Shown: positions 30,521 through 38,893, counted from the stretch's first letter. The stretch: DNA of 64,000 bases from Parcubacteria bacterium C7867-004 (GCA_001189075.1 LFCN01000006.1:237219-301218); one strand, 5' to 3'. The notes: generated by a model not told the origin, from the sequence alone. Translations and numbers: made by a program.

Positions 30521-31606
30521 ATGAAACGCCAAGCTGTCACGCCCACGCCGAAGGCCGGGCAAAAGTCCGCATCGCGCGGATTCAGTATCTGGTGGATCGT
30601 CGGCGCGGTGGGAGCGTTCATCGCCCTCATCGCCCTGATCTCCGTCTTCGTCTTCGGGCGATCGGAGTTCATGCCGCAGACGGACACCTACACCTTCGCG
30701 CGCGACCTGTCCATCGACAACGGCCAGAAGATCGATCCCGCCACGTTCAAGGACACGACGGGAAAGATCACGCTCGCCGAGGTCTTCACGGACAACAAGG
30801 CGCTGAGCTACTACGGCGCCGACGACAAGGGTCAAGACGGAGTGGGCCTCACGGTCCGCTTCGTCACGACGGTGGGCGGCAGGCCGGTCCCTGGTGGGGA
30901 CAAGGCCTTCAGCCTTCCGGGCTGGAAGAGCCGAAACGAGAACGGGGTCAACAACCCCGTTCGTCGCGCGTTCGCGAAAGAGAAGCAGGGCGAGTTCCAC
31001 TCGCTCGTCGGCTCCTTCGCCGCGTCCGTTTCTCTCGATCGTCTCGCAGTCGTGGTGGTCGACACCACGAGCGGGGTGAGCGAGGACATGGCCCGCCGGG
31101 TCAACACCACGGTCAACGGGATCTGCAAGGATCCCGATACTGTGGTCCGGCTGCACCTCATCTCGAGCGAGTCCTACCAGGGCGGCGCTCGCGAATGGCG
31201 GTGTCGGATCCTGTCTTCGGGCGAGATCGACGCGGTGATCGCAAGCCAAGGGGCCAACGCCTCCGGCGTGCTCAAGAGCCTCCGGGCTATCACCGAGTCG
31301 GTCTCGAACGAGGTCGCGGAGAACCCGCGGTCGCTGGTCACGGTCCATGTCTTCACCGACGGGATCGAGAACTACGACGGCTGGGACTTCTACAAGGCCC
31401 AGCGCCCGATGATCGAAGACCAGTCCAACTGGTCCAAGGTCGATGAGCGGTTCGGTCTCGCCAGCTTCAAGCTGCAAGGGGTGAGGTTCGTCCTCCACCC
31501 CACGCCGCAACCGCCGGAGCATCAGGCGCTGATGGGGCATGCACTCGCGTACCTGGCCGACAGGCTGGAGAACGCGGGCGCGAAGGTCCAAAAGCTCGAC
31601 TTCTAG
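30521..31606 (+). CDS. Membrane-anchored protein with vWA-like C-terminal domain
   Basis: N-terminal TM; VVVVDTTSGVS and VHVFTDGIEN resemble MIDAS elements. Confidence 0.7.
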   Translation: MKRQAVTPTPKAGQKSASRGFSIWWIVGAVGAFIALIALISVFVFGRSEFMPQTDTYTFARDLSIDNGQKIDPATFKDTTGKITLAEVFTDNKALSYYGADDKGQDGVGLTVRFVTTVGGRPVPGGDKAFSLPGWKSRNENGVNNPVRRAFAKEKQGEFHSLVGSFAASVSLDRLAVVVVDTTSGVSEDMARRVNTTVNGICKDPDTVVRLHLISSESYQGGAREWRCRILSSGEIDAVIASQGANASGVLKSLRAITESVSNEVAENPRSLVTVHVFTDGIENYDGWDFYKAQRPMIEDQSNWSKVDERFGLASFKLQGVRFVLHPTPQPPEHQALMGHALAYLADRLENAGAKVQKLDF

Positions 31607-31642
31607 TCGGGCCAACGACGGTACTACCCTCTATTGTACTTG

Positions 31643-31680
31643 CGCCCCCTGGACCACAACGGTTCCGGGGGCGTTTTCTT
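31643..31680 (+). terminator. Intrinsic terminator
   Basis: CGCCCCCTGGA...TCCGGGGGCG followed by TTTTCTT. Confidence 0.7.
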
Positions 31681-31720
31681 TTATACAGCCGTTGAGTATG
31701 CCTTTCGGTATACTGGATAG

Positions 31721-32179
31721 ATGCAAACGGATTCTCCTCACGGTACGGGATTCGATCCGGATTTCCGGCCGGATCTGACGCCCGCGCAAATGCTCGCGCT
31801 CGGCGTGTTCGGCGGCGCGTATTTTGATAACGAATCGACAGACGAATATCCGAAGGAATGGTTCAAGGATGCAAAGATCTCGGATCATGGCCCCGATAAG
31901 AGCCTGAACTATTTCGGTGTCGATGCGTCGCAGTCGAGAGAGGAGTGGATACGCAAAGGATGGATACGCGATCAGGATCCGCTCGGGTGGTTCCAGTGGT
32001 ACTGCCGGTATTATCTCGGTCGCCGCTCAGAGGATGATGCGCGTCAGATCAAGCGCTGGCGTCAGATGGTCCGTCATGCGGCGCAGGTGAAGTACGGATG
32101 TCGCGCAGGAGACGCAACCTGCAGGCCCAAGCAGCGTCAGGCGCTGTTACACTGGGCCTATGACTCACGCAGGATCTGA
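31721..32179 (+). CDS. Conserved hypothetical protein (DPxGWFQWYCRY motif)
   Basis: PDLTP.QM..LGVFGG.YF, NYFGV.ASQ, DPLGWFQWYCRYYLGRR, RQALLHWAYD. Confidence 0.8.
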   Translation: MQTDSPHGTGFDPDFRPDLTPAQMLALGVFGGAYFDNESTDEYPKEWFKDAKISDHGPDKSLNYFGVDASQSREEWIRKGWIRDQDPLGWFQWYCRYYLGRRSEDDARQIKRWRQMVRHAAQVKYGCRAGDATCRPKQRQALLHWAYDSRRI

Positions 32180-32804
32180 TCGATTCAAGTACGGCTGGCT
32201 CACGCTCACGCTCACGCTCACGCTCAGTCTCGTATCGTCAGCAGCGTTCCTCGCGCTCGCGCTTATCGAATACTACGCCCACGATCTTCCGCAAGCGGTA
32301 GATTCCTTAGTCGCTACTATGATCGGTCCCTTACGTACGGTCGGACTCATAGAGGTATTCCTCACCATAACTACGCTCGGGAACACGCTCTCGATAGTGC
32401 TCGTCGCGCTTGCTTCCGCATTCTTCCTGCGTAAGAGCCCGCACGTTGTCGAACGTCTCGCGTTCGTGCTCATCGGAAGCACGCTTGTCGTAAACATCGT
32501 GAAGATCGCGATATCCCGCGTACGACCGGAAACACTCATATGGTTCGATCCGCTGCTTACGTATTCCTTTCCGAGCGGGCACGCGGCAGCAAGCATGGCG
32601 CTGTACGGGTCCTTGGCGATCATATCCGCACGCTTGCTGAGGGGCTGGAAACGCACACTCGCTGTTATCCTCTGCGTCCTCATCATCCTCGGGGTAGGCA
32701 CAAGCCGGGTGGTGCTCAGCGCACATTTCTTCACGGATGTAATCGGTGGATACCTGCTTGGTATCGCGTTCGTAGCCTTGGCGTTCTCGTTTAGGAGCCG
32801 CTAG
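32160..32804 (+). CDS. PAP2-family phosphatase
   Basis: K...R.RP, SFPSGH, SRVVLSAHFFTDV. Confidence 0.9.
   Translation: MTHAGSDRFKYGWLTLTLTLTLSLVSSAAFLALALIEYYAHDLPQAVDSLVATMIGPLRTVGLIEVFLTITTLGNTLSIVLVALASAFFLRKSPHVVERLAFVLIGSTLVVNIVKIAISRVRPETLIWFDPLLTYSFPSGHAAASMALYGSLAIISARLLRGWKRTLAVILCVLIILGVGTSRVVLSAHFFTDVIGGYLLGIAFVALAFSFRSR
32198..32227 (+). repeat. Hexamer tandem repeat (GCTCAC)x4 plus GCTCAG
   Basis: Seen directly; encodes LTLTLTLTLS in the PAP2 gene. Confidence 0.8.
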
Positions 32805-33438
32805 CGGGACCCTGCTTCTGGGCTTCTTCGGCTTTCTTGTCTTGCCGATGGTTCCAGTATTCGAATGCGAGCGGAAGGAATGAGAGTACGATGATCAATC
32901 CGATGATAGGAAGGAGGTAGTGCTCGCTTTGTGGAAAGGATCTTCCGAGGAAGTACCCGAGTGTCGTCACGCCCGTTCCCCAGAGCAATGCGCCGATGAC
33001 GTTGTAGGTGATGAAGGTGCGGTACTGCATCGAGCCGATGCCGGCGAGTATCGGGACGAATGAGCGCACGGCCGGTATGAAGCGGGCAAGGACAACCGCA
33101 CGCACGCCATACTTCTCATAGAACTCCTCGGTGCGCTTCACATGCTTCTCCTTGATGAAGAAGGAGTCGGGTCGTCCGAGGTATTTCTTGCCAAGCACGC
33201 TTCCGAGCCAGTACCCAGCGCTGTCGCCGAGTATCGCTGCAATGGTAACGACCACCACGAGCGGCACGATAGGGAACCATCCTTGGGACGCGAGGAAGCC
33301 GGCGGTAAACAGGAGGCTCTCTCCGGGAAAGACGAATCCGAACGGCATGCCACTCTCGCAAAAGACGATAATGAAAAGGCCTACTAATCCCGCGCTCTGG
33401 ACCAGGTGCGGCAGTGAGATACCGATAGCATCAAGCAT
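32791..33438 (-). CDS. DedA family membrane protein
   Basis: ESG..FPGESLLFTAG, GDSAGYWLG, ARFIPAVRSF.P.LAG. Confidence 0.92.
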   Translation of the reverse strand: MLDAIGISLPHLVQSAGLVGLFIIVFCESGMPFGFVFPGESLLFTAGFLASQGWFPIVPLVVVVTIAAILGDSAGYWLGSVLGKKYLGRPDSFFIKEKHVKRTEEFYEKYGVRAVVLARFIPAVRSFVPILAGIGSMQYRTFITYNVIGALLWGTGVTTLGYFLGRSFPQSEHYLLPIIGLIIVLSFLPLAFEYWNHRQDKKAEEAQKQGPASGS

Positions 33439-33445
33439 TTCATCC

Positions 33446-33455
33446 CAGTATACTG
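33446..33455. promoter_or_regulatory. Palindromic bidirectional -10 element
   Basis: CAGTATACTG gives TATACT on both strands, 8 nt from the dedA ATG and 6 nt from the zincin ATG. Confidence 0.6.
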
Positions 33456-33460
33456 CCCCC

Positions 33461-33871
33461 ATGAACGAACGGGAATTCGAGCAGATCGCGATAGAGGAGT
33501 GGAAGCGGGTGCCGGACCGATTTAAGGGGAAGATACAGAATCTCGCACTCCTTATCGAAGACGAGCCAGACCAGGAGGTGCGAGAACTGGAAGCGCTCGA
33601 AGAGGGCGAGACGCTGCTCGGTCTCTATCGCGGCGTCCCGCTCACCGAACGGGGAAGCGAGTACGGCATCGGCATGACGCTGCCCGATACGATAACGCTG
33701 TACCGGCTTCCAATTATAGAGGAGGCGGAGGAGATGGATCGCGCGTTCAGGGATGCGGTGCGCATTGTTGTCCGCGAGACCATATGGCACGAAGTAGGGC
33801 ACTACTTCGGTCATGGGGAAGAATCGATCAATGAGCGGGAGGATGATGGGACCAATCGGTTCGAGTCCTAA
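33461..33871 (+). CDS. Zincin-like metallopeptidase
   Basis: LLGLYRGVPLTER, LPDTITLYR.PI, WHEVGHYFG. Confidence 0.88.
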   Translation: MNEREFEQIAIEEWKRVPDRFKGKIQNLALLIEDEPDQEVRELEALEEGETLLGLYRGVPLTERGSEYGIGMTLPDTITLYRLPIIEEAEEMDRAFRDAVRIVVRETIWHEVGHYFGHGEESINEREDDGTNRFES

Positions 33872-33880
33872 TCTCCCAGC
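33858..33880 (+). repeat. tRNA-3'-end-like att site (short type), left boundary
   Basis: GGTTCGAGTCCTAATCTCCCAGC: T-loop plus Gln-type acceptor end; overlaps zincin stop; no 5' tRNA half. Confidence 0.65.
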
Positions 33881-33991
33881 TTGGCACAAGGTGACGCCTT
33901 GACAGCTCCAATCGCGGTCGCGTTGCGAATTTAGCATGTCGGTACATAATTCGAGCGAGCCCGCAGGGGCGGTTACGTCGGGCTACTCACT

Positions 33992-36289
33992 ATGATTTCT
34001 AAGATAAATCGCGTCAGAAAACTCGGACTCGTCTTCGCTGACTTCTCATGGTCAGCGGTAGTCCCCGCGTTTCGAGCCTTCAATCTGGTCTATGGCTGGA
34101 ACGGCTGCGGAAAAACGACGCTCACCCGCCTGTTCGACATGATCGCGCGCGGCGACGCTGGCGAGGTGGAATACGAAGTTGAAGATGTAAGCGGGGCCGC
34201 TTTCAGGTCAGCAGATCAATTCCCCACGCCGATACGCGTCTTCAATCAGGACTACGTCCAGAGCAATGTCCGAGTCCTGGAGTCGTCAGCGAACACAATC
34301 TCCGTACTGTTGGGCGCAGAGAACAAGGAACTCGCGACCCAGATTGAAGCTGACGAGCGCCTCCTGAACGGCTTGCCAGGTGACGGCGACAAAATCGGGA
34401 AGGTTCGCGAACTGCGCGGGTACACCGAAAAGAAGATCCGCAAGGAAAAGGGTAACGACACCGCCTTCACCGACATCGCCAAGACCATCGGAGCGGCGAT
34501 TGTCGGTAGCGGCGCGGCATCTCGCACCTATCGGGCTCCGGATGCGAAGAAGGACTTCTCTAGCATAAAAGCGCCCGCGCTCCTCTCGGACGAGGAGCGG
34601 GAACGGCACATTCTGGCGCTCAAGCAGGAGATGCTGCCCGAGGTGGAGCCAGTCCAGGCCCCTTCCTTGGACTTTAACGGCAAAGAGGCCTCAGTCCTCG
34701 AGGTCCTCGCCGCGCTTTCCGACCGCGCGGCCGCGCTCTGCATCGAAACGGTCGAGAGCGAAACGGTCCGCAAGCTAATAGGGCATCCCGACATCGCAGC
34801 CTGGGTTGAGGCGGGCCTCCATCTTCACAACGAGCATTCGTCGAAGAGTTGTGAATTCTGCGGCAACGAAATCCCAAAGGACCGCTTGGCCCAGCTTGCG
34901 CGCCACTTCAGCGAGGCCGATCGACGCCTGAAGGCGGACGTTGAGGCTGTCGTGGTGCAGCTCCGCGACGTGCATCGCCTCCTTACGGCCGTTCCGGTGC
35001 CCGATGCTGCGCGCCTATACCGCGAGCTTCAGGCGGACTTCGCCGAGAAGCGGTTGCTGGTTGAGGATGCCCGAACCAACCTGCTGGCACAGGTAACGGC
35101 GGTCGGGAAGGCGCTTCAAGAAAAGAAGTTGCGCACGACAGAAGCCGTCGAGCTAGGCGCAGGGGTGGACGTGAGGCCGCTCGCCGATGCGATCGAGACG
35201 GCGAACGCCGTGATCGAAATGCACAACCGGAGATCCAAGGACTTCATGGCGGTGCAGAGAAAGTCAGTGGGCGCGATCAAGGTGCACTATCTCAGCACCA
35301 TCTTCGACGATGTGACGCGGCGAAACGGCGAGATTGCAGAACTCGTAACAGGCCTCGCGCGGCGGTCCGTGGAGATCGATGAAATTCGCGCTCGGGTCGC
35401 AGCAGCACGGGCCAAGATCTCCTCCGCTCATGCGGCATGCGAGCAGATCAACGAAGGCCTTAGGACCTTCTTGGGGCGCGACGAGCTGCGCTTTGTACCT
35501 GAGGAGCGCGAAGCCGACGGGGACGGCCAGGCCGCGGGTACTGTGTTGGGTTATCGGATCATGCGGGGCGACGAGCCGGCGGTTTATCTCAGCGAAGGGG
35601 AGAAGACAGCACTCGGGTTCGTGTACTTCGTTGTGCACCTCAACGACGGTCAGTTCCCTAAGCGGGATGGAATCGTCGTTATCGATGACCCGATCTCAAG
35701 CCTCGACTCGAACTCTCTCTACCAAGCGTTCAGCTTCCTCAAGAATGCTGTGGCGGGTTGCCAGCAGGTCTTCGTGCTCACTCACAATTTTGACTTTCTC
35801 AAGCTCCTCCTGAATTGGCGTAAACGGGATGGAGGTGCCGGATACTACATGATCAAGAACCATATCGAAGCCGACGAACGACGTGCCTCGATTGTCGAAA
35901 TGGACAAGGAGCTTCGGCAGTACGAGAGCGAGTACCATTACCTGTTCAAGCGCCTGAAGGAGATGCGGACGGAGCAGGACGGCACAATCATGCGCGCCTA
36001 TCCGGTGCCGAACATCGCGCGCAAGGTTTGGGACACGTTCCTCACCTTCCAAGTTCCGAACGGCGAGAGTCAATATCAGAAGATGAAGTACCTCAAGACG
36101 CAGGACTATTCAGCCGAAAAGCTCGACGCCATATATAAGTTTACGAACGATCAGTCCCACATCACCGGTGCGGGCTTTGATCCCGCTCTGGTCCCTGAGA
36201 CACAGAAGGTTCTGGCCGAGTTGTTCGAGATGATGGAGCAGATCGCGCCCGAGCATTTCCGGATTCTCGACCGCGCTACGGCTGTCTAG
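33992..36289 (+). CDS. AAA_13 / RloC-like ABC-ATPase with zinc hook and HEPN-like C-terminus
   Basis: YGWNGCGKTT, FNQDY, CEFCG, LSEGEK, IDDPISSLD, LTHN, C-terminal NIARK...NDQSH. Confidence 0.88.
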   Translation: MISKINRVRKLGLVFADFSWSAVVPAFRAFNLVYGWNGCGKTTLTRLFDMIARGDAGEVEYEVEDVSGAAFRSADQFPTPIRVFNQDYVQSNVRVLESSANTISVLLGAENKELATQIEADERLLNGLPGDGDKIGKVRELRGYTEKKIRKEKGNDTAFTDIAKTIGAAIVGSGAASRTYRAPDAKKDFSSIKAPALLSDEERERHILALKQEMLPEVEPVQAPSLDFNGKEASVLEVLAALSDRAAALCIETVESETVRKLIGHPDIAAWVEAGLHLHNEHSSKSCEFCGNEIPKDRLAQLARHFSEADRRLKADVEAVVVQLRDVHRLLTAVPVPDAARLYRELQADFAEKRLLVEDARTNLLAQVTAVGKALQEKKLRTTEAVELGAGVDVRPLADAIETANAVIEMHNRRSKDFMAVQRKSVGAIKVHYLSTIFDDVTRRNGEIAELVTGLARRSVEIDEIRARVAAARAKISSAHAACEQINEGLRTFLGRDELRFVPEEREADGDGQAAGTVLGYRIMRGDEPAVYLSEGEKTALGFVYFVVHLNDGQFPKRDGIVVIDDPISSLDSNSLYQAFSFLKNAVAGCQQVFVLTHNFDFLKLLLNWRKRDGGAGYYMIKNHIEADERRASIVEMDKELRQYESEYHYLFKRLKEMRTEQDGTIMRAYPVPNIARKVWDTFLTFQVPNGESQYQKMKYLKTQDYSAEKLDAIYKFTNDQSHITGAGFDPALVPETQKVLAELFEMMEQIAPEHFRILDRATAV

Positions 36290-36524
36290 CCCGTCGCGGC
36301 AGCGCAATCGGAGACCGTGGAGTAGGACGACAGCATCCTTCAGGCGCATCGTCTGGTGCCGCTACGACACCAGGAAGTGGACGTAGGGACGTTAGGACTT
36401 TCTATGCGGCCTCGTGTGCCGTATCGCGCCGTCGACGAACGACCAACCCGGCAAGATCAAGCTGATCTCGATGGGTTTCGTCGGCCGCGATTTCTTCAAC
36501 AGTCCGCTTCAATTCAGCTTCAAG

Positions 36525-36552
36525 GGTTTGAACTTCGTCGCGTAGCCCCAGC
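36525..36552 (+). repeat. att-like site (long type, diverged)
   Basis: GGTTTGAACTTCGTCGCGTAGCCCCAGC. Confidence 0.6.
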
Positions 36553-36575
36553 CTGTGATTTTATAAAAAGAAAAG

Positions 36576-36596
36576 AGCCGATGTGTTACATCAGCT
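36576..36596 (-). terminator. Cassette terminator
   Basis: Minus strand AGCTGATGT-AAC-ACATCGGCT then CTTTTCTTTTT. Confidence 0.7.
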
Positions 36597-36605
36597 TCAC
36601 GTTTT

Positions 36606-36872
36606 CTAGACCGGCACCATGTCCACTTCTCCCATCGTAGACCTCACCGCATAGACGAGGCACTGGTCAGTGCAGGACTCGGGGTTGGCGGCGATGAACT
36701 CCTGCGCCTTTTCTATGGACGTGAAGGTTTCGAGCACACAGAGACCCATCACGATGTCGAGCAGCGGTGCATAGACCAGCCCATCGCCCATTCCCATTTT
36801 CGGGGCAATGCGGCACAGCCAGGGATTCAGGGACGCGGTCGCGTTCTTCTTGATACAGAACTTATCGCTCAT
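36606..36872 (-). CDS. Orphan cassette gene (88 aa)
   Basis: GGAGG SD; promoter ATGACA-N16-TATAGT at 36901-36928; terminator downstream. Confidence 0.7.
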   Translation of the reverse strand: MSDKFCIKKNATASLNPWLCRIAPKMGMGDGLVYAPLLDIVMGLCVLETFTSIEKAQEFIAANPESCTDQCLVYAVRSTMGEVDMVPV

Positions 36873-36936
36873 GTGAGCCTCCAAGGTGTCAGTCAGGGCG
36901 ACTATATCACCAATTCAAAGTTTGTCATTGCAAAAA

Positions 36937-36962
36937 GGTTCCAACGTCGTACCAAACTCCCA
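36937..36962 (+). repeat. att-like site (long type)
   Basis: GGTTCCAACGTCGTACCAAACTCCCA. Confidence 0.9.
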
Positions 36963-36975
36963 AACAAAAAAGATA

Positions 36976-37000
36976 GCCTCGCGCTATAAGAGCGCGAGGC
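36976..37000 (-). terminator. Cassette terminator
   Basis: GCCTCGCGCT-N5-AGCGCGAGGC with T-tract on minus strand. Confidence 0.8.
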
Positions 37001-37023
37001 CTAATCTATCTCGGGACTGGGAT

Positions 37024-37860
37024 CTAAGCGGCCGATGTCCGCAGACGGGGGCGAGGGGTGAACTGAAGCACCTTTCCATCCCCGAACTTGACTTCAGCTT
37101 CATCGCTCAGCGCGACCACCACCGGGGTGCTTTCCTCCGCCAGGGTTCGATTGAGATACTCCACCAGGCAGTTTAAGGCGTGGTTGAGGAAGCAGTGCTT
37201 CGTGGGATTCTCGACGAAGAGCGGGATACCGCTCGTCTGACTAAGAATCTCAAGAAATGCGTCCCTGCGCCGCTCCCAGTTCGTATCGGCTTCGGGATTG
37301 AGGACCACGAAGCTCGGGCTAATGCCCGCTCCAACCAGTCCCCAGAACACACCGGGATCTTCCTCTCCGACAGGAAGCCGGAGAATCGCCGGCGCCTGTT
37401 CGAATGGCCACCCCGAAGCTTGATGCGCCGGCTGTCCAACCTGCTCTCGTGGATAGAAGCCGAACGCGAGCGTGCCGCCCTGAATCAGGGTCGATTGGCC
37501 GTCGGCAGGAATGACGCAAACGCCGAGGTCAAACCCGAGGGTGCTGATGTCAGGATACCCCTCTTGAAGATCCTGAAGCAGGAGCCCCATCAGCAGCTGT
37601 GCGTTCGACGGGTTCTGCGACCGGAGCCGCTCGTACTCATCGCAGAACGCCTGGTATTCAGGCGCCGGGTTCGAGGCCCGGATCTCCTGCATATACAGAG
37701 CGTCATGGCTCAGAAGATCTTCGAAGGTGTAGATCGGGTGGCAACCCTCTCGCTCCGTCTCGAACAGACAGACGATGTGTTGCCGCCCGATGTTTCCGTT
37801 GATGATGTGGCAGACCTGCCGAGGATCATCGGATTCCAGCATTTCAATGCCAAACAACAT
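37024..37860 (-). CDS. Orphan cassette gene (278 aa, acidic)
   Basis: GGAGG SD; promoter TTGACT-N16-TATATT at 37898-37925. Confidence 0.75.
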   Translation of the reverse strand: MLFGIEMLESDDPRQVCHIINGNIGRQHIVCLFETEREGCHPIYTFEDLLSHDALYMQEIRASNPAPEYQAFCDEYERLRSQNPSNAQLLMGLLLQDLQEGYPDISTLGFDLGVCVIPADGQSTLIQGGTLAFGFYPREQVGQPAHQASGWPFEQAPAILRLPVGEEDPGVFWGLVGAGISPSFVVLNPEADTNWERRRDAFLEILSQTSGIPLFVENPTKHCFLNHALNCLVEYLNRTLAEESTPVVVALSDEAEVKFGDGKVLQFTPRPRLRTSAA

Positions 37861-37957
37861 ATTCGCCTCCAGGGCAGGTTGAACGTTCCTGGAGCTGAAT
37901 ATATAAGATTATTTATAAAAGTCAAAAATGTACTTAACTAAGGGAATTACTCAAAAA

Positions 37958-37983
37958 GGTTCCAACGTCGTACCAGACACCCA
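37958..37983 (+). repeat. att-like site (long type)
   Basis: GGTTCCAACGTCGTACCAGACACCCA. Confidence 0.92.
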
Positions 37984-37992
37984 AAGAAAAAA

Positions 37993-38010
37993 CGACGGTG
38001 GTGGCCGTCG
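37993..38010 (-). terminator. Cassette terminator
   Basis: CGACGG-N6-CCGTCG then TTTTTTCTTT on minus strand. Confidence 0.7.
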
Positions 38011-38019
38011 CTCGTCTCA

Positions 38020-38406
38020 TCAGTGTTTGGGAACAATTTTGAGAGCATCTGCTTCCTTCAGATGCTTCAGGAAGTGCGACATGCCGTCGCGCATGTCTCT
38101 GGCCCAGAAGTCGGCGAAGAACACTTCCGCATCTGCGAGCAGGTCAGTGAAGTCATCGCCCTTGATCGTGGGGTTGGTGAGGTCGCCGCTCAGATCAACT
38201 CGCGTGACTGCCTGAGCCTCGACGAAGAGTCGCACCCCGCCGTTCCAGCTGTCTCGCTGAATTCGAACGGTCTCCTGCCCGTTGCGAGACAGGATGAGGT
38301 CCTGGATGCCGAGCCCCGGCTCATACACCCCTTCGTACAGACCTCGTGGGCTGTACATTACGCCCTGCTCCCTCGCCAGTTCCCGCACGTTGTCTTGATA
38401 GCCCAT
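38020..38406 (-). CDS. Orphan cassette gene (128 aa)
   Basis: GGAGGT SD before ATG 38406 (MGYQDNV...). Confidence 0.75.
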   Translation of the reverse strand: MGYQDNVRELAREQGVMYSPRGLYEGVYEPGLGIQDLILSRNGQETVRIQRDSWNGGVRLFVEAQAVTRVDLSGDLTNPTIKGDDFTDLLADAEVFFADFWARDMRDGMSHFLKHLKEADALKIVPKH

Positions 38407-38453
38407 AAACACCTCCCTGGGGTCTGGACAGAACCTAGCATGGATTGCGTGAG

Positions 38454-38479
38454 GGTTCCAACGTCGTACCAGACACCCA
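38454..38479 (+). repeat. att-like site (long type)
   Basis: GGTTCCAACGTCGTACCAGACACCCA. Confidence 0.92.
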
Positions 38480-38491
38480 CTATACAAAAGA

Positions 38492-38514
38492 CCCGCCGAC
38501 AACATGCCAGCGGG
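38492..38514 (-). terminator. Cassette terminator
   Basis: Minus strand CCCGCTGGCA-TGT-TGTCGGCGGG (G-U pairs work only on minus) then TCTTTT. Confidence 0.7.
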
Positions 38515-38537
38515 CCCAGAAAACTATACTCGTGCGA

Positions 38538-38792
38538 CTAGGGGATCTTGTCCACCACCGCTTGAGCCTTGAGGAGCTGGTACACCATGAGCGGACCCAT
38601 GGCGAACGCGCCCCTCTCATTGTCGGACATGGGCGGGAGTTTGAGGAGCCACTCCGCCACATGAGCGGCGATGATGGGGTTCTCCTCAGTGACCTCCTTC
38701 AGCCAGTTGCCGACATCGGCACCGGCTCTGTCCCGGACCGACTCCATCACGGCGTCGGAGGTTGCTCGGGACACTACAGGAAGTTCGGTCAT
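38538..38792 (-). CDS. Orphan cassette gene (84 aa, helical)
   Basis: AGGTGA SD-like; consensus promoter upstream; ENP..A and MVYQLLKAQ segments. Confidence 0.72.
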   Translation of the reverse strand: MTELPVVSRATSDAVMESVRDRAGADVGNWLKEVTEENPIIAAHVAEWLLKLPPMSDNERGAFAMGPLMVYQLLKAQAVVDKIP

Positions 38793-38829
38793 TTCACCTA
38801 ATCCTTGTGAGTTGTTGTCAGAATGTGCT

Positions 38830-38865
38830 CAAATACATAATACACATATATTATGTATTTGTCAA
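38830..38865 (-). promoter_or_regulatory. Sigma70 promoter overlapped by 13-6-13 perfect inverted repeat
   Basis: TTGACA-N17-TATTAT; CAAATACATAATA-CACATA-TATTATGTATTTG. Confidence 0.75.
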
Positions 38866-38893
38866 TGTTTTAAGAGCAAAAGCCTTCAAAAAA

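Noticed and set aside
28863-31615. Long antisense ORFs (534 and 486 aa) and similar shadows opposite RND, rnj and DEAD-box genes
   Set aside because: Expected shadows of GC-rich codon usage; no motifs or start signals
32198-32227. Phase-variable repeat in PAP2 gene
   Set aside because: Unit is 6 nt, so slippage keeps the frame
33810-33882. tRNA-Gln gene
   Set aside because: Only the 3' ~23 nt are tRNA-like; upstream is zincin coding sequence and the T-stem does not pair fully
37958-37983. 23S rRNA fragment (resembles GGGTTYAGAACGTCGTGAGACAG)
   Set aside because: Similarity is short and gapped, with no flanking rRNA sequence
38830-38861. dif site
   Set aside because: CATAA/TTATG cores are 10 bp apart rather than 6, and the arms are perfectly symmetric
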